DNA of 64,000 bases, from contig CAWGVG010000010.1 in NCBI GenBank assembly GCA_963825865.1, forward strand, positions 31,683-95,682, read 5' to 3'. This document shows positions 1 through 10,956 of the stretch, in pieces. A program made the translations under genes and the position numbers. The first letter of the stretch is position 1, and the number at the start of each line of letters is the position of its first letter. Source of the stretch: an uncultured Nitrososphaeraceae archaeon. Its GTDB lineage: Archaea; Thermoproteota; Nitrososphaeria; Nitrososphaerales; Nitrososphaeraceae. The notes beneath the pieces are model-generated. The model was not told the DNA's origin and made no database searches. It saw only the letters and a program-made list of their open reading frames with translations.

Positions 1-468
1 TCACGCAGTAATGAAATCTGCTGGCTTCATAGCTGCAGCAGCCGTTGCAACTGCGCTTGCTAGTTATAGTCTAGAGAAATATAGGGGCATTGGTCGCAGA
101 ATGCCTATCACTGCTATTGCATTCACAATTTCTTTACTTGCGCTTGCTGGCGTCCCACCTCTCAATGGTTTCTGGAGTAAACTGGTTTTATTTGGTGCTG
201 CAATTAACAGCGGTCCAATGGTGACATGGGGACCATATCTTGCAATTGCCGGCGTGCTTAACAGTGCTCTTTCATGGGATATTATGCATTTATCATTAGA
301 AAGATGTACATGGAAGAAGGGCCAGATATGAGTAAAGTTAAAGAACCGAAAGCGATGGTTGCGGTATTAGTATTTGCAATGGTATTTATGGTAGGTTTTG
401 GTATCTGGCATGCTCCAATACTGGAGTTTGCATCAAAAGCAGTATTGCCTAACATGTCATCTGAATAA
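1..468 (+). CDS. nuoN: NADH-quinone oxidoreductase subunit N, 3' part (5' end outside window; apparent indel near 272)
   Basis: SLLALAGVPPLNGFWSKL and NSALS-(L)GYY motifs of NuoN. ORFs 11..331 and 274..468 join into one hydrophobic protein. Confidence 0.9.
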
Positions 469-581
469 TGTAGTTCCTACAACATCGAATCATCTGAATA
501 ATGTAGTTCCTACAACATCGAATCATCTGAATAATGTAGTTCCTACAACATCGAATCATCTGAATAATGTAGTTCCTACAA
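457..581 (+). repeat. 33-bp perfect tandem repeat, ~3.8 copies (tcatctgaataatgtagttcctacaacatcgaa)
   Basis: Units start at 457, 490, 523 and 556. One frame reads (HLNNVVPTTSN)n. Confidence 0.95.
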
Positions 582-948
582 TATCCAGTGCTTCTTGACT
601 TAATGAATGATACCATGAGTAGTAATATCATTCATAACTTCGACACCAGAAGCTACAATAGTATATGTGTTTCCAGAACATAACCAACACTGAACCCAAG
701 AAATACCCTAGACATGAGCACATTAGAGCACAATAAGAACAAACAACAAGGGTTTTCACAGGGCATCAAAAGGTTATTTCCAAAGATGCTACTTGTATTA
801 GGGGCCATAGCACATGTTAGCGTTAAACTTTTACTATGTGGTAATAGATGTCACAGATATAGCAAGTCGGCGACTTGCTTTGGCACGCAATTTTTAAATG
901 CATATTTTAAAAACACACATTGGCAGCAATGGATAAAAGAATCAAAAT

Positions 949-1862
949 TCAAAACTGGACTGAAGACAAATCTGTTAGATGTTCTAGGTGTTTTTTCGAT
1001 ACACTATCTCTTATCTTTCGTAGCTCATTAATAGCCTTAAAGAATATGACAGATAAAGCTTTTCCATTCTATCAACGAATTCTTTAGACTGATCATTTTT
1101 CTTTACCAGTATATTAAAAAGTCTGTCTTCATTATTCCAATCGATTAAATCATCATGAATTTGATAGGCAATTCCAAGCAAATTACCAAAGGTTGACATT
1201 GCGCGGATCTCATCCTCTTCTCCTTCCCCTAGTATTGCACCCACTTTCGCAGATGTCTCAAAGAGTGAGGCAGTTTTATGTTCAAGAACTTTGATATAAT
1301 CATCCTCTCTAATTTTAGGGTCTTCAGCCAGTTTAATTTCCATCATCTCACCTTCGCTCATTTTTATTGCAGCATTAGAAAGTTCGCTTGAAACACGCGG
1401 GTTATTCAACTTAGAGCCGATATTGAGAATAATACCTAGAACGAAATCGGCAGTAAGAATACTATTATTATACCCATATTTTACATGAAAAGAAGGTTTA
1501 CCACGTCGAAGATTTTCTTCGTCTATAATATCATCATGAATCACAGATTCTGTATGCAAAAGTTCTATAGCAGAAGCAGCCATAAATGTATCTTCGCCAA
1601 GTTTTGAAGAGTTAGCTTTTCCTACCTTTGCACTTTCGGCAGAGAGTACCAGGATAAGCGGTCTAATGCGTTTACCTCCATCGCATGCATATCTTAATGG
1701 TCCATAAAACTCTGACCAAGAATAAAGATCTGAGTTCACGCTTAAGTGCATCATTAATTTTTGACAAGTATTCGCTAAATTGTTCTATCAAAGGATTGGC
1801 TTCCAGGTTTCTTATATTCAAAGATCTGTTCTTGCCTATGGTTCTTTTGAAATACTGAGCAT
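949..1862 (-). CDS. Polyprenyl/geranylgeranyl diphosphate synthase (apparent indels near both ends)
   Basis: GGKRIRP, first Asp-rich motif IHDDIID..RRG, KTASLF and second motif YQIHDDLID in ORF 1011..1754. Termini extended by frame correction. Confidence 0.9.
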
Positions 1863-1925
1863 ATTAATGCTTTACCAAACGAATGACAATTCTAAAATAT
1901 TGCAGATATTTTTTCCATGAAGGAT

Positions 1926-2031
1926 TGCTCCGGCCGGGATTTGAACCCGGGATTTGCGACTCGAAAGGCCACAATGCTTGACCGGATTATGCAGCTGTTT
2001 TCGTTGTTATCAGCTACTACACCACCGGAGC
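1926..2031 (-). tRNA. tRNA-Glu(TTC) with 30-nt intron at position 15/16 (1987..2016)
   Basis: Acceptor stem GCTCCGG/CCGGAGC, anticodon loop CTTTCGA, T-loop GTTCAAATC. The D-arm insert forms a bulge-helix-bulge (GTGT/GCAT helix, AGT and AAT bulges). Confidence 0.92.
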
Positions 2032-2582
2032 GCTTCGTAAAAGTTGGAATTCATTTCACATAAAATCTTTTCTTGTCTGATTAAGAATTTTTGCATTTTC
2101 AATTCTACAGATTATTATTGCAAATTCTATGTATATGCCTCATAGTATTAATGGTTCTTGATTAAATATTGAGTTTCTTCTCTTGCTTTGCTTGCATCAA
2201 TCTCTTAAAGAGAGTGAGTTGTAACCATCTTTCATAGATTACTCATGATAGCAACAACAACAACAATCAACAACAACTTTAATAATAACATATTGGACAT
2301 GAGTTTCTGTCTTTCTTGCTCGATGGAGAGTATATCCTTATCATTTCAGAAAATCTGTGAGTATATTAGTTGGCCAATGTGAATGTAATCAATCATAACC
2401 ATTAATCACTGTCGAATGTAATTCTAAAATGAATTAAAAATTGCATCATTAATTTATATATAATCATATACTAGTGCTAACATGCTTTATGTTCATAACA
2501 ATAATAAAATTCCATTTTAATTCTAAATTCTATTAATTTCATTATCTCGGATTCATAGACCTTACACAAGCTTTTTCTATAA

Positions 2583-3275
2583 GTGATTCTACTTTTCAGC
2601 TATATGGTTAATCATAATCTCCTTGAAAGGATCGACTTTGAAATTGAAAGACGTAGTGTACTAAAACATGCATTTTATCAGATGTGGTCAGAAGGAAAAC
2701 TGACTGTAGATCACCTACAAGGTTATTCAAAAGAATATTTCCAATTAGTAAAAGCCGTTCCTAAGTTTGTAGAAAATATTTCATCCCTTACTACAGATCC
2801 TTCACTAAAGATGGCTGTTAATCAAAACTTGAGGGAAGAATCTGAACATATTGAGCCATGGATCAAATTTTCAGCTGCTATGGGTGTTTCAAGGAATGAA
2901 TTAACAAATTACATTACTACTGAGAAGACAAATGATGCTATTTTTGCTTTAACTCATATTACGACATTATCATTAGAAGAAGCAGTAGCGGCTATGTATG
3001 CATATGAGGTAGAACTGCCAAAGATCAGCAGATTAAAAATTGAAGGTTTGACGAAATTCTATGGCATGAATAGTAGTACCGATGCTACAAGTTACTTTGA
3101 AATTCATGAAGAAGTAGATGTAAGACATGCTTCACTCTGGAGAAATATTCTGCAAAACATTCCTGCAGGAAATGAGGAACCTTCATTTAATGCAGCTGGT
3201 GTATCACTGGATGCGCAGAACAAACTATTAGATTCTGTGCAGGAAAAGTACGTCGGAATACATACTATTAACTAA
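2583..3275 (+). CDS. CADD/PqqC/TenA-like heme-oxygenase-fold di-iron protein
   Basis: LKHAFYQMWSEGKL, EESEH and YFEIHEEVDVRH metal-ligand motifs. Confidence 0.8.
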   Translation: MILLFSYMVNHNLLERIDFEIERRSVLKHAFYQMWSEGKLTVDHLQGYSKEYFQLVKAVPKFVENISSLTTDPSLKMAVNQNLREESEHIEPWIKFSAAMGVSRNELTNYITTEKTNDAIFALTHITTLSLEEAVAAMYAYEVELPKISRLKIEGLTKFYGMNSSTDATSYFEIHEEVDVRHASLWRNILQNIPAGNEEPSFNAAGVSLDAQNKLLDSVQEKYVGIHTIN

Positions 3276-3327
3276 CAGAATTGATCTCGAAACCTTTATA
3301 CCTTTTCCCTTATCGATTTTTATCTGC

Positions 3328-3401
3328 GGGCCCATAGCTCAGCCTGGTAGAGCGACCGGCTCATAACCGGTCGGGCAGGGGTTCAAACCCCCTTGGGCCC
3401 A
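3328..3401 (+). tRNA. tRNA with CAT anticodon, most likely tRNA-Ile2
   Basis: Full cloverleaf GGGCCCA...TGGGCCC-A with loop CTCATAA. A GGGCCC acceptor stem is typical of archaeal Ile2 rather than Met. Confidence 0.88.
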
Positions 3402-3457
3402 CTCCAATCTTGTCCCTTTATTTAGGCCCACATTGCAATATTATATGAATAAACGCA

Positions 3458-4739
3458 TTGGCTGTAATTGAAGTAGAACAACAATGTCATCAAAATCAAG
3501 ACCCATTATCAGTTTTCATGTATGCTCTAAAAGCTTCAGAGACTAGAAGACAATGGCCACGTAGATTTAAGGTATTCTTTGACTTCCTCAAACTCGAGGA
3601 ACCAATTGAAGAGCAAGCAAAACAATTTCTTATAAATGCTAAGCAAAACCAACAATGGACTCAGGATAATTTACTTCGATTTATGAGTTTTCAACATGAA
3701 AGAGTAAGACAAGGCAAAATCTCTGAAGCTACCATTCCAAACTACTACAAGGCTATAAAATTATTTTGCGAAATGAATGACCTAGTATTAAACTGGAAAA
3801 AGGTAACTCGTGGAATGCCCAGGGTAAGACAAAGCGGCTAATGATAGGGCTCCCACAATAGAAGAAATTCAGAAGTTAGTGGAATATCCAGACCGTGGAA
3901 TAAAGCCAATTGTCTGCACCATGGTTTCATCGGGGATTAGAATAGGTGCATGGGAGTACTTGAGATGGAAGCACGTAATTCCCATGACGAATAGTTCAGG
4001 TGAAATCATTGCAGCAAAATTAATCGTATACGCTGGTGATAGAGAAGAATACTATACATTTATCACATCTGAGGCTTACAGCTCTTTAAAGGAATGGATG
4101 GACTTTCGTGCATCTTATGGGGAAACTATAACAGGAGAATCCTGGTTAATGCGTGATATATGGCAGACTACTAACATAGATTATGGTGCCAAATGGGGTT
4201 TAGCAACAAACCCAAAGAAGCTTAAAAGCAGCGGTATAAAACGACTTTTGGAACGTGCCTTATGGGAACAGGGGATTCGTCAACCTCTCAAAGAAGGAAT
4301 CAAAACGTCACGAATGGAAGGCTCACATGGATTTCGCAAATTCTACAAAAGTCATGCAGAGCAGGTTATGCGCCCAATTAATGTTGAGATAACTATGGGT
4401 CATAATATTGGTCTTTCAGCATCATACTATAAACCGACAGAAAACCAGGTCCTAGAAGATTATTTGAAGGCAACTGATTTGCTCACTATCTCCAACGACA
4501 AAGTCATACTAAAAAAGGAAGTTGCAGAACTGCAACAAAAGAGTAAGAACAATGAGTATATCATAAGAGGAAAACTACAAGAGAAGGATGAAGAAATGAA
4601 GACAATGAAAGAACAAGTTAATACAATGCAATCACAATTACAAACATTGATTTCTACACTTGGAAGTATAAAGGACCAAAATCAGGTTAATCAAACTGCC
4701 CAAATGCTTTACAAATCTGGGATATTGAATAACACTTGA
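3458..4739 (+). CDS. Tyrosine recombinase/integrase (split by apparent indel near 3835)
   Basis: SSGIRIG, HGFRKF, MGH and SYY catalytic motifs plus a coiled-coil tail. Starts 57 bp downstream of the tRNA. Confidence 0.9.
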
Positions 4740-4965
4740 GAATACACTGGCATATAATTATTAAATTTTTGAAATCTCCTAACGAGGATCAGAATTGACT
4801 TGATAAAAAAACGATTTTCTGTAACGATTGTGATAGGAATTTCAATTGAGTATCCTTTTCTGGCTTACTGATAGCCATAATGTCATTAAATGATCATCGT
4901 CCAAACAATCTAGACCGCCAACTTTACCCCCCTCTTCAGCAGATAGCGAAGATGATACTGCAGCG

Positions 4966-6261
4966 GTGGTATTTTCAAGTCAGAGAAGCCAGTTTGCAGA
5001 TTACACAACTTGGAAAGGCATTGAGAATAAGACCGGTATTGAACGGGAACATGCCTATGATTTTGTTTTGAAAGAACTTGTGGACAACGCTGTGGACTAT
5101 ATAGAAACTCAACATAATACTACTGCTGCTGATATAACACCAGAAATTCATGTCACTATCAAGAAAACACAACCTCAAGAGAAGTTAATTCGTATAGTGG
5201 TTAGTAATTCCAACTATAATACTACTAGCAGTAATAGTAGCAAAGCCACGTTTTCCAAACAGATGCTAAAATCTATCTTCGATTTTGATAGATATCATAG
5301 CAGCAAACGCAATCAGTTCAAAATAACAAAAGGTGCATTGGGTGATGCTTTGAAGGAAGTCCTGTGCATTCCTCACGTTCTAGCACATGATAATGAAATA
5401 AACAACTGGGATTATCCATTAAAGATATATGCCGCACAAAAAATATTCCAGGTTCACCTTGCTATAGACAGAATTAACCAACTCGTTCATTCAAAAATAC
5501 GTGATGAAGCCGATGATGACGCAGAGGTTACATACTACGATAATACGAAAATAGAAGTCACTCTGCCGGTATTTGATGGTGGCCAAAATAAAGACGACCT
5601 GATAACTAGGCTATATAACTATTTATGTAATTATGCAATCTTTGCAACGCACATAGGATTTTCATTTGAGTATGAAAGCGACCAAGAAGAAGGAATCTTT
5701 ATAGAATTTCCACAACTCCAGACGATCAATCCAAAATGGAAGAATCACAGCAGCATTCATTATTACAAGCGAAATCAGTTCCATGAATTTATTTTAGGAC
5801 TGGAAAACAATGACTCGATAATCTATAGCGTATTGTATAAAACATTCAGAGAAGCAAGCAACTTGAGTAAAAGCGAACTTACAGACATGACCGTAGGTAG
5901 GTTAAAACACTCTCCTGCTCACATAGTTAGGTTATATGATGAACTGCGAAAGCGCATGAGTGCGCCTGCTCCTCTAACATTGCCATTTGATGTAACTAAG
6001 AAAGGTGTTAGAGCACAGGCGTTAAAGCAAAGAGTTGAGCAGCGCTATGGACATTTTTCAGAAATGAAATACAGGTCAGCATCAGGCTCTTGCAGTGAAA
6101 GCGGTGGTGACCAATCTCAATTCCCCTTCTTCTTTGAGATCGCAATATTTCATGACGTACAATATCTGCGTGCTAATCTGGCATTCAAACAGGCCCTAAA
6201 TTGTTCAGCTATACCAAATACTGGCTGGCTTAGATCCTTCCATCCATTGTTATATCTGTAA
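4966..6261 (+). CDS. GHKL ATPase resembling topoisomerase VI subunit B; probably C-terminally truncated
   Basis: LKELVDNAVD N-box, SSK...KGALGDALK G-box, TKIEVTLP, then a transducer-like region. Confidence 0.7.
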   Translation: MVFSSQRSQFADYTTWKGIENKTGIEREHAYDFVLKELVDNAVDYIETQHNTTAADITPEIHVTIKKTQPQEKLIRIVVSNSNYNTTSSNSSKATFSKQMLKSIFDFDRYHSSKRNQFKITKGALGDALKEVLCIPHVLAHDNEINNWDYPLKIYAAQKIFQVHLAIDRINQLVHSKIRDEADDDAEVTYYDNTKIEVTLPVFDGGQNKDDLITRLYNYLCNYAIFATHIGFSFEYESDQEEGIFIEFPQLQTINPKWKNHSSIHYYKRNQFHEFILGLENNDSIIYSVLYKTFREASNLSKSELTDMTVGRLKHSPAHIVRLYDELRKRMSAPAPLTLPFDVTKKGVRAQALKQRVEQRYGHFSEMKYRSASGSCSESGGDQSQFPFFFEIAIFHDVQYLRANLAFKQALNCSAIPNTGWLRSFHPLLYL

Positions 6262-6974
6262 AAATATGAGCATCCAAGTGTTTTAGTGGCTGGATGTCTC
6301 CCTTCATGTTCCTTTATCTTTGTCTTTGGGTCTTCTAGCCACTCGATATACATTTGCTTATTTTCATCAGACATGTAACCTTGAGAAATTTGATCTATCT
6401 TTGCCTCTAGTTGGAGTAATTGTATATCGTTTAAGATAATAATCTCATCTATTCCTAATACAGTCCAAGGAATACCGGTTTCGTGAATAGATGGTGAAGA
6501 AAATAACGGCTGTTTTTCACATCTGACCTCTAATTTTGAATCCTTGATTGATATCTGCTTATTTGCTATTGGACGTTTAGCCATAAAGATAATGTGGATT
6601 CTACCCTTATCCTGATGCCATTCGATCCTAGTCTTTTTAGATAGTTCAATCACATAGTCCCAACTACCACCACCACCACCACCAAACCATTCCTCTACTG
6701 CATCATAACCATCAAAGTCAAGTGCAAATGAATAATAACAGCACTCATTTTTAGCTTTTCCATTACCGTTAATTGGTAACATAGTTTTGCCCAGTATAAG
6801 AGCAATACCGTTATCATATTCACCCTTCTTAAGTTCTGCTTCAAAATCTACTTTCGTGAAGTCAATCTCATTCCAACCTTTCTGATAAATTCCTTTCTTG
6901 GGATAGGTAACAGCCTGAACTATCGGTATATGAGCAGTATATGGCCAATATAATACGGCATTCTGCTCGCTCAC
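6150..6974 (-). CDS. Bifunctional DNA primase/polymerase (AEP Prim-Pol) N-terminal domain, truncated near 6230
   Basis: GIALILG, ALDFDG, GRIHIIF, LEVR and SPSIHETG motifs, then the start of a PriCT-like region (EGRH). No helicase follows. Confidence 0.8.
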   Translation of the reverse strand: MSEQNAVLYWPYTAHIPIVQAVTYPKKGIYQKGWNEIDFTKVDFEAELKKGEYDNGIALILGKTMLPINGNGKAKNECCYYSFALDFDGYDAVEEWFGGGGGGSWDYVIELSKKTRIEWHQDKGRIHIIFMAKRPIANKQISIKDSKLEVRCEKQPLFSSPSIHETGIPWTVLGIDEIIILNDIQLLQLEAKIDQISQGYMSDENKQMYIEWLEDPKTKIKEHEGRHPATKTLGCSYFYRYNNGWKDLSQPVFGIAEQFRACLNARLARRYCTS

Positions 6975-7606
6975 GGGTTAGCTTGGTAATAGTAGTATTA
7001 TTATTATTCTCTACTTCTACCATTTTTCTATGGTGCAACTCCTAGAGAGTAACCATCATGGAAGTCCTCAGGCACTATAGATGTGTCAGTAGTATAGCCC
7101 TTAGTGTTCACTCGTTTTCTGAGCTTGCAATCCGGCTCATGTGCAGAAACATCTATCTGGATTATACCCTTCTCAGAACTAGGACATTCACAGAATTTTT
7201 TATTGGTGTAAAGTCTGCTTGCTTGTAGTCTAGCAATTTCTGGTAATGTGTTGTTTGTCCCTTGCTGCTTGCTGTTGAGACAAAACTTTAATTAAACGAT
7301 AGCCGTGAAAATATTCATCAATCATAGTTCAACATGCTCCTACTCCGGCTGTGTGTCTCTGCTGTGGTTGTATCTGGTCCTGTTGTGCCGGGTGGTTCCC
7401 GGCCAAATTTAATCTAACGATAGATTATGCTCCGGATCTCTACACTCGACGGTAACAGTTTTAAAAATATCCTCAAAAAATCCAGAGCATGGTTTCTGAG
7501 GGTGTTCTGTTACTGTAATGTGCTTGCAACGATGATCTTGTGTCTCTGTTTCTGGTAGTGCTGGAGCAGTTGTTGTTGTTGCTAACATTTTACTTAGTTT
7601 CCTCTC

Positions 7607-7738
7607 TCACTTTTCGTTTTGTTGCTTGCTCCTATTCCTAACCAATTCATTAATTAATTGGTCATACGTTTGATTTTTGTGACCAATTTGCCTTAAGAGA
7701 TCCCTCGTTGTATCTTCCAAAGCAATTGTAGTTCTCAT
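7607..7738 (-). CDS. Small ribbon-helix-helix-type DNA-binding protein (43 aa; not in ORF track)
   Basis: Hand translation MRTTIALEDTTRDLLRQIGHKNQTYDQLINELVRNRSKQQNEK* matches the archaeal TTI..TR..L...G.K..TYD..I..L pattern. Confidence 0.75.
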   Translation of the reverse strand: MRTTIALEDTTRDLLRQIGHKNQTYDQLINELVRNRSKQQNEK

Positions 7739-7805
7739 TATGTTGCATTATGCACATTACATAACGATATATATTATCCATAGACAATAGACAATACCTA
7801 GACAA

Positions 7806-8645
7806 TTGATTGCAAGTGAAGAGAAATCTAAGGATTTAGAAAACCAAATACAACTCCTCATTACAACGTTGCAGAATTTTAAAATAAGCAACAATAATAA
7901 TCAGATTCAAGAATCAAAATATTATCAAAGAACACAAAATAATAATAGTGATCTAGGAAAAAAAGATAAAGAAATATTTGAATTTATAGCAGATAATCAA
8001 GATATTCATCAGGAGGGCATCGTCGAGCATTTTAAAACGAAAACAGGTTTTTCAAGAATGCCTGTCCTTAAATTAATAAAAGAACTAGAAGAAGATGGTT
8101 ATATCATTCGTAGTAAAAAAGGCAAAGGAAATGTATACAGTCTACGTGTAAATGAAAATAACGTTCTATTAATTGTAAAAAAAGAAATGGATGATTTCAA
8201 GAAAAAGTTCTCTATTTTACTGAAGAAATTAAAAAAAGAGATAATTGATAGCATGAAAAATGAAGAAAAAGAAAAGATGCTTTCTTTTTTGCATAAGGAC
8301 ATTTATGAGAAGTTAGTTTTAATATACATGTTCAGAGCAATATTTGCTTGGAGTAATAAAATAAAAGACGAACAAACATTGTATAACTTATATCAAATTG
8401 TCATTTCAAATATCATAGAAATTCAACTCGAATATAATAAATTTGGTAACAGGAAACATGTATCTCTTTTATCCATACCTTATGATCATGATATATGCAT
8501 ACAAGACGACGATAGAGACGAAAAGATACAGATTTTTAAAAATAAGGGATTAGAAAAAGAGACTAGATCACTATTATCAGAGTTAGACAGAATTAATTAT
8601 AGATATTCAAGTCTAGAAAGACTGATGAGAAATATTTCAAATTAA
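7806..8645 (+). CDS. Winged-helix DNA-binding protein
   Basis: IFEFIADNQDIHQEGIV...SRMPVLKLIKELEEDGYIIR wHTH pattern. Confidence 0.6.
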   Translation: MIASEEKSKDLENQIQLLITTLQNFKISNNNNQIQESKYYQRTQNNNSDLGKKDKEIFEFIADNQDIHQEGIVEHFKTKTGFSRMPVLKLIKELEEDGYIIRSKKGKGNVYSLRVNENNVLLIVKKEMDDFKKKFSILLKKLKKEIIDSMKNEEKEKMLSFLHKDIYEKLVLIYMFRAIFAWSNKIKDEQTLYNLYQIVISNIIEIQLEYNKFGNRKHVSLLSIPYDHDICIQDDDRDEKIQIFKNKGLEKETRSLLSELDRINYRYSSLERLMRNISN

Positions 8646-8824
8646 TACACAATCCTTTTAATCTTATCATAATTCACTCTGTATTTGTTGATACTTTCAA
8701 AAGATCATTATTCAGTAATGATTGTGCCAAGGATAGGCTTTTGCCATCATAATGACAAATATATCTTATTGTTACTAATAACTTTTATTATCAATATAGA
8801 TAAATGAAAGTAGGTTTTTCCATT

Positions 8825-10172
8825 GAATCAACTATTATTATTATTTGTCTTAGGTTTTAATATTCCTGATGCAGCTAATGATTTTGCTAATACATTAAGC
8901 TGGTTTTGATCTGTAGTAGCTGATGATAGACTTGTAACTAACTTCGTAAACATATTTTGCAGCTTGGCTATAGCTTCAGAGTTAGATGCATCATGCTGCC
9001 TTTAACTGTTCGATCTGTATGTCCTTCTCTAATAATTGCTTCTTTACATTCTGACCAGTTGCTTCTAATGCTGAATAGTCTAAATAAGTAAAGTATTTCA
9101 TAAGTTGATGTCTATATATTGACCTTCGTTGTTCTTCTTTTAGCTGATAATATGTAGATTTTGTAGCATGACCTAGAAACCATTCACTATATTCATATCC
9201 TACCTGATTTGATATTGTTGACTTTACAAATCGTCTGAAACTATGTAAAGAAACTTTACGACGTTTAAAACACCCCTCTTCTTTACGTGCTATAAAACCA
9301 GCAGTATCTAACACCTTTTGAAACTCAATAAGTATTTTAAAATATAATACTCTTGGAGATGGGTGTTTAGCATGTATGATTGCAAATATTAAATCATTAT
9401 CATCTTTAACTCTATTTTTCATATACCTGTGTTCTGAATGTCTATCTCTATATTTCCAATCTATCCATTGCTTCTGTAAAAAGTTAGAAGCTTCGTCTGA
9501 TATGTAAACATCTCTAGCCGATCCTGTTTTTGCAAATTCTTTTCGTATGTGTAATGTAGTTGGATTAGTAGAAAAGTTTACATCCTTTAATCTTAATGAC
9601 AAAAGTTCTACAGCCCTGCAGCCACTTGAAGCAAGACATAACAAGTAAGCTTTTAACCTTCGATTATTGCATGCTAATAAAATCTGTCTGATATCTTTAG
9701 CATCAATAGCTAGCTCATCTTCTCTGTAGATCCTTGGCATTTTAACCATATACTTGAATTTTGAGGGTATGACATCAATGCCACTATATGCAAAATATGA
9801 TCTGGCAGTAGTGACATACAGCTTAATACTTAAGGCAGTTAGATCACCATTGCCATTACTTCTTCTTATAATATTATTATTATTATTTGTCTGTTGTAAA
9901 TACTCTACAAACTTATCCAGTAGTGTGTATACATTGATCTTACCTTTTTCTAGAGGTTTTAAAATGGTTTGAATATTGTCGTTGCCGTTTCCATTTCCAT
10001 TTCCATAAGTCTGACTTATGAATTTGTTTAAATGACCTAAAGCATAATAATAAGCAAAAGCAGTTTGTTTTGACCTTCTAGATAAACTTGATAAAAAACT
10101 TACAGCATTTGTAAATCCTTTGTCTTTATATTTTACTAAAAGTACCTCCAACCTGTTTATTACGTTAGGCAT
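8825..10172 (-). CDS. Second tyrosine recombinase/integrase (tail frameshifted near 8990)
   Basis: SSGCRAVE, AKTG, LHSFRRF, LGH and STYY motifs. Corrected tail DQNQLNVLAKSLAASGIL resembles the first integrase tail DQNQVNQTAQMLYKSGIL. Confidence 0.9.
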
Positions 10173-10571
10173 ATCTCCTAGGATATATATTATGTTAATA
10201 TCTCTTTCTGTGTATGGTTAGCTGGAGTTATGTTGTTACCTGCAACAATTGCGGATATATCTCAGAAGAAAAGTTACCTAAGGTAAAAGCAAAGAAGCTT
10301 TTACAGACACACCTAAATAGTGTTCAAAACTGTACTCGTGGACGCATTAAGCTGATGAAAGTAAGGACATAAAAATTACAAATGTATAAAATTTATCATC
10401 CAGTGACATCGAATCCCATCACCCCCCCAATTTATACAATCGGCCCGGCAAAATATCGAATCAGCATTACATTATTTTAGATAGCAAGAAAATCAAATAT
10501 AAGCATACTACTAGTATAGCATTATACTAGTTTAATTACTGATTATTGTTGTCTAGCCCAACGTATAAAGT

Positions 10572-10665
10572 ATGAATATGTTGGAATTTGTAGGAGAGGT
10601 TATTCTTTTGTCGACTTCTGGTGTACTATCCCCTGGCCATTTATTTTTTACTAATCTTATTTATG
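10572..10665 (+). pseudogene. LysE-family transporter N-terminal fragment
   Basis: LEFVGEVILLSTSGVLSPG.LFF.NL matches the LysE N-terminal SG.LSPGP motif, then is cut off. Confidence 0.6.
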
Positions 10666-10862
10666 AAGGGTATCCCAAAATACTGTATAGTCGAAGGAAC
10701 AAGGATAAAACCATAATTTCTGTAATAAAACGGAGGTTTGGAGAGCACCTGATGTCTAGGTTGATTCGAACACAGAACACAACTATCTCTTAGATACATG
10801 GCCTACAACATGCATAGATTAGCCAACATCATCATAATATTGATGATGGTTTCTACAAAGCC
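10666..10862 (+). mobile_element. IS5-like transposase 3' remnant with probable right end
   Basis: YSRRNKD(K)TIISVIKRRFGEHL.SR is the degenerate YREK helix, followed by AYNMHRL. Ends ggtttctacaaagcc. Confidence 0.7.
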
Positions 10863-10956
10863 GTATTCTGGATGTCTATAACCGAAGAAGTGTACTAATA
10901 ATAATAATAATAATATTAATTGTTAAAATTTGGCTTTTGTATATTATTATTTCGAG

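Larger units (their letters stand above)
3402..10450. mobile_element. Integrative element(s) at tRNA-Ile2; right boundary uncertain
   Basis: Integrase next to the tRNA 3' end, primase-polymerase, RHH and wHTH regulators, second integrase. No attR copy found by eye. Confidence 0.65.

Noticed and set aside
457-581. Possible CRISPR array (33-bp repeats)
   Set aside because: Units are contiguous with no spacers and there are no cas genes; it is a tandem repeat. The same applies to 31498..31612.
714-1031. 105-aa plus-strand ORF and many other short antisense ORFs (e.g. 8099..8302, 9754..9972, 37953..38300, 45224..45625, 52297..52698, 60263..60697)
   Set aside because: They overlap better-supported genes or repeats on the opposite strand and have no motifs.
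2583-3275. PQQ biosynthesis cluster
   Set aside because: No pqqA/B/D/E nearby; a stand-alone CADD/PqqC-like gene is ordinary in this lineage.
10408-10430. tcgaatcccatcacccccc as an attR/tRNA 3' remnant upstream of integrase 2
   Set aside because: Only a T-loop-like 9-mer; it matches neither tRNA in the window.
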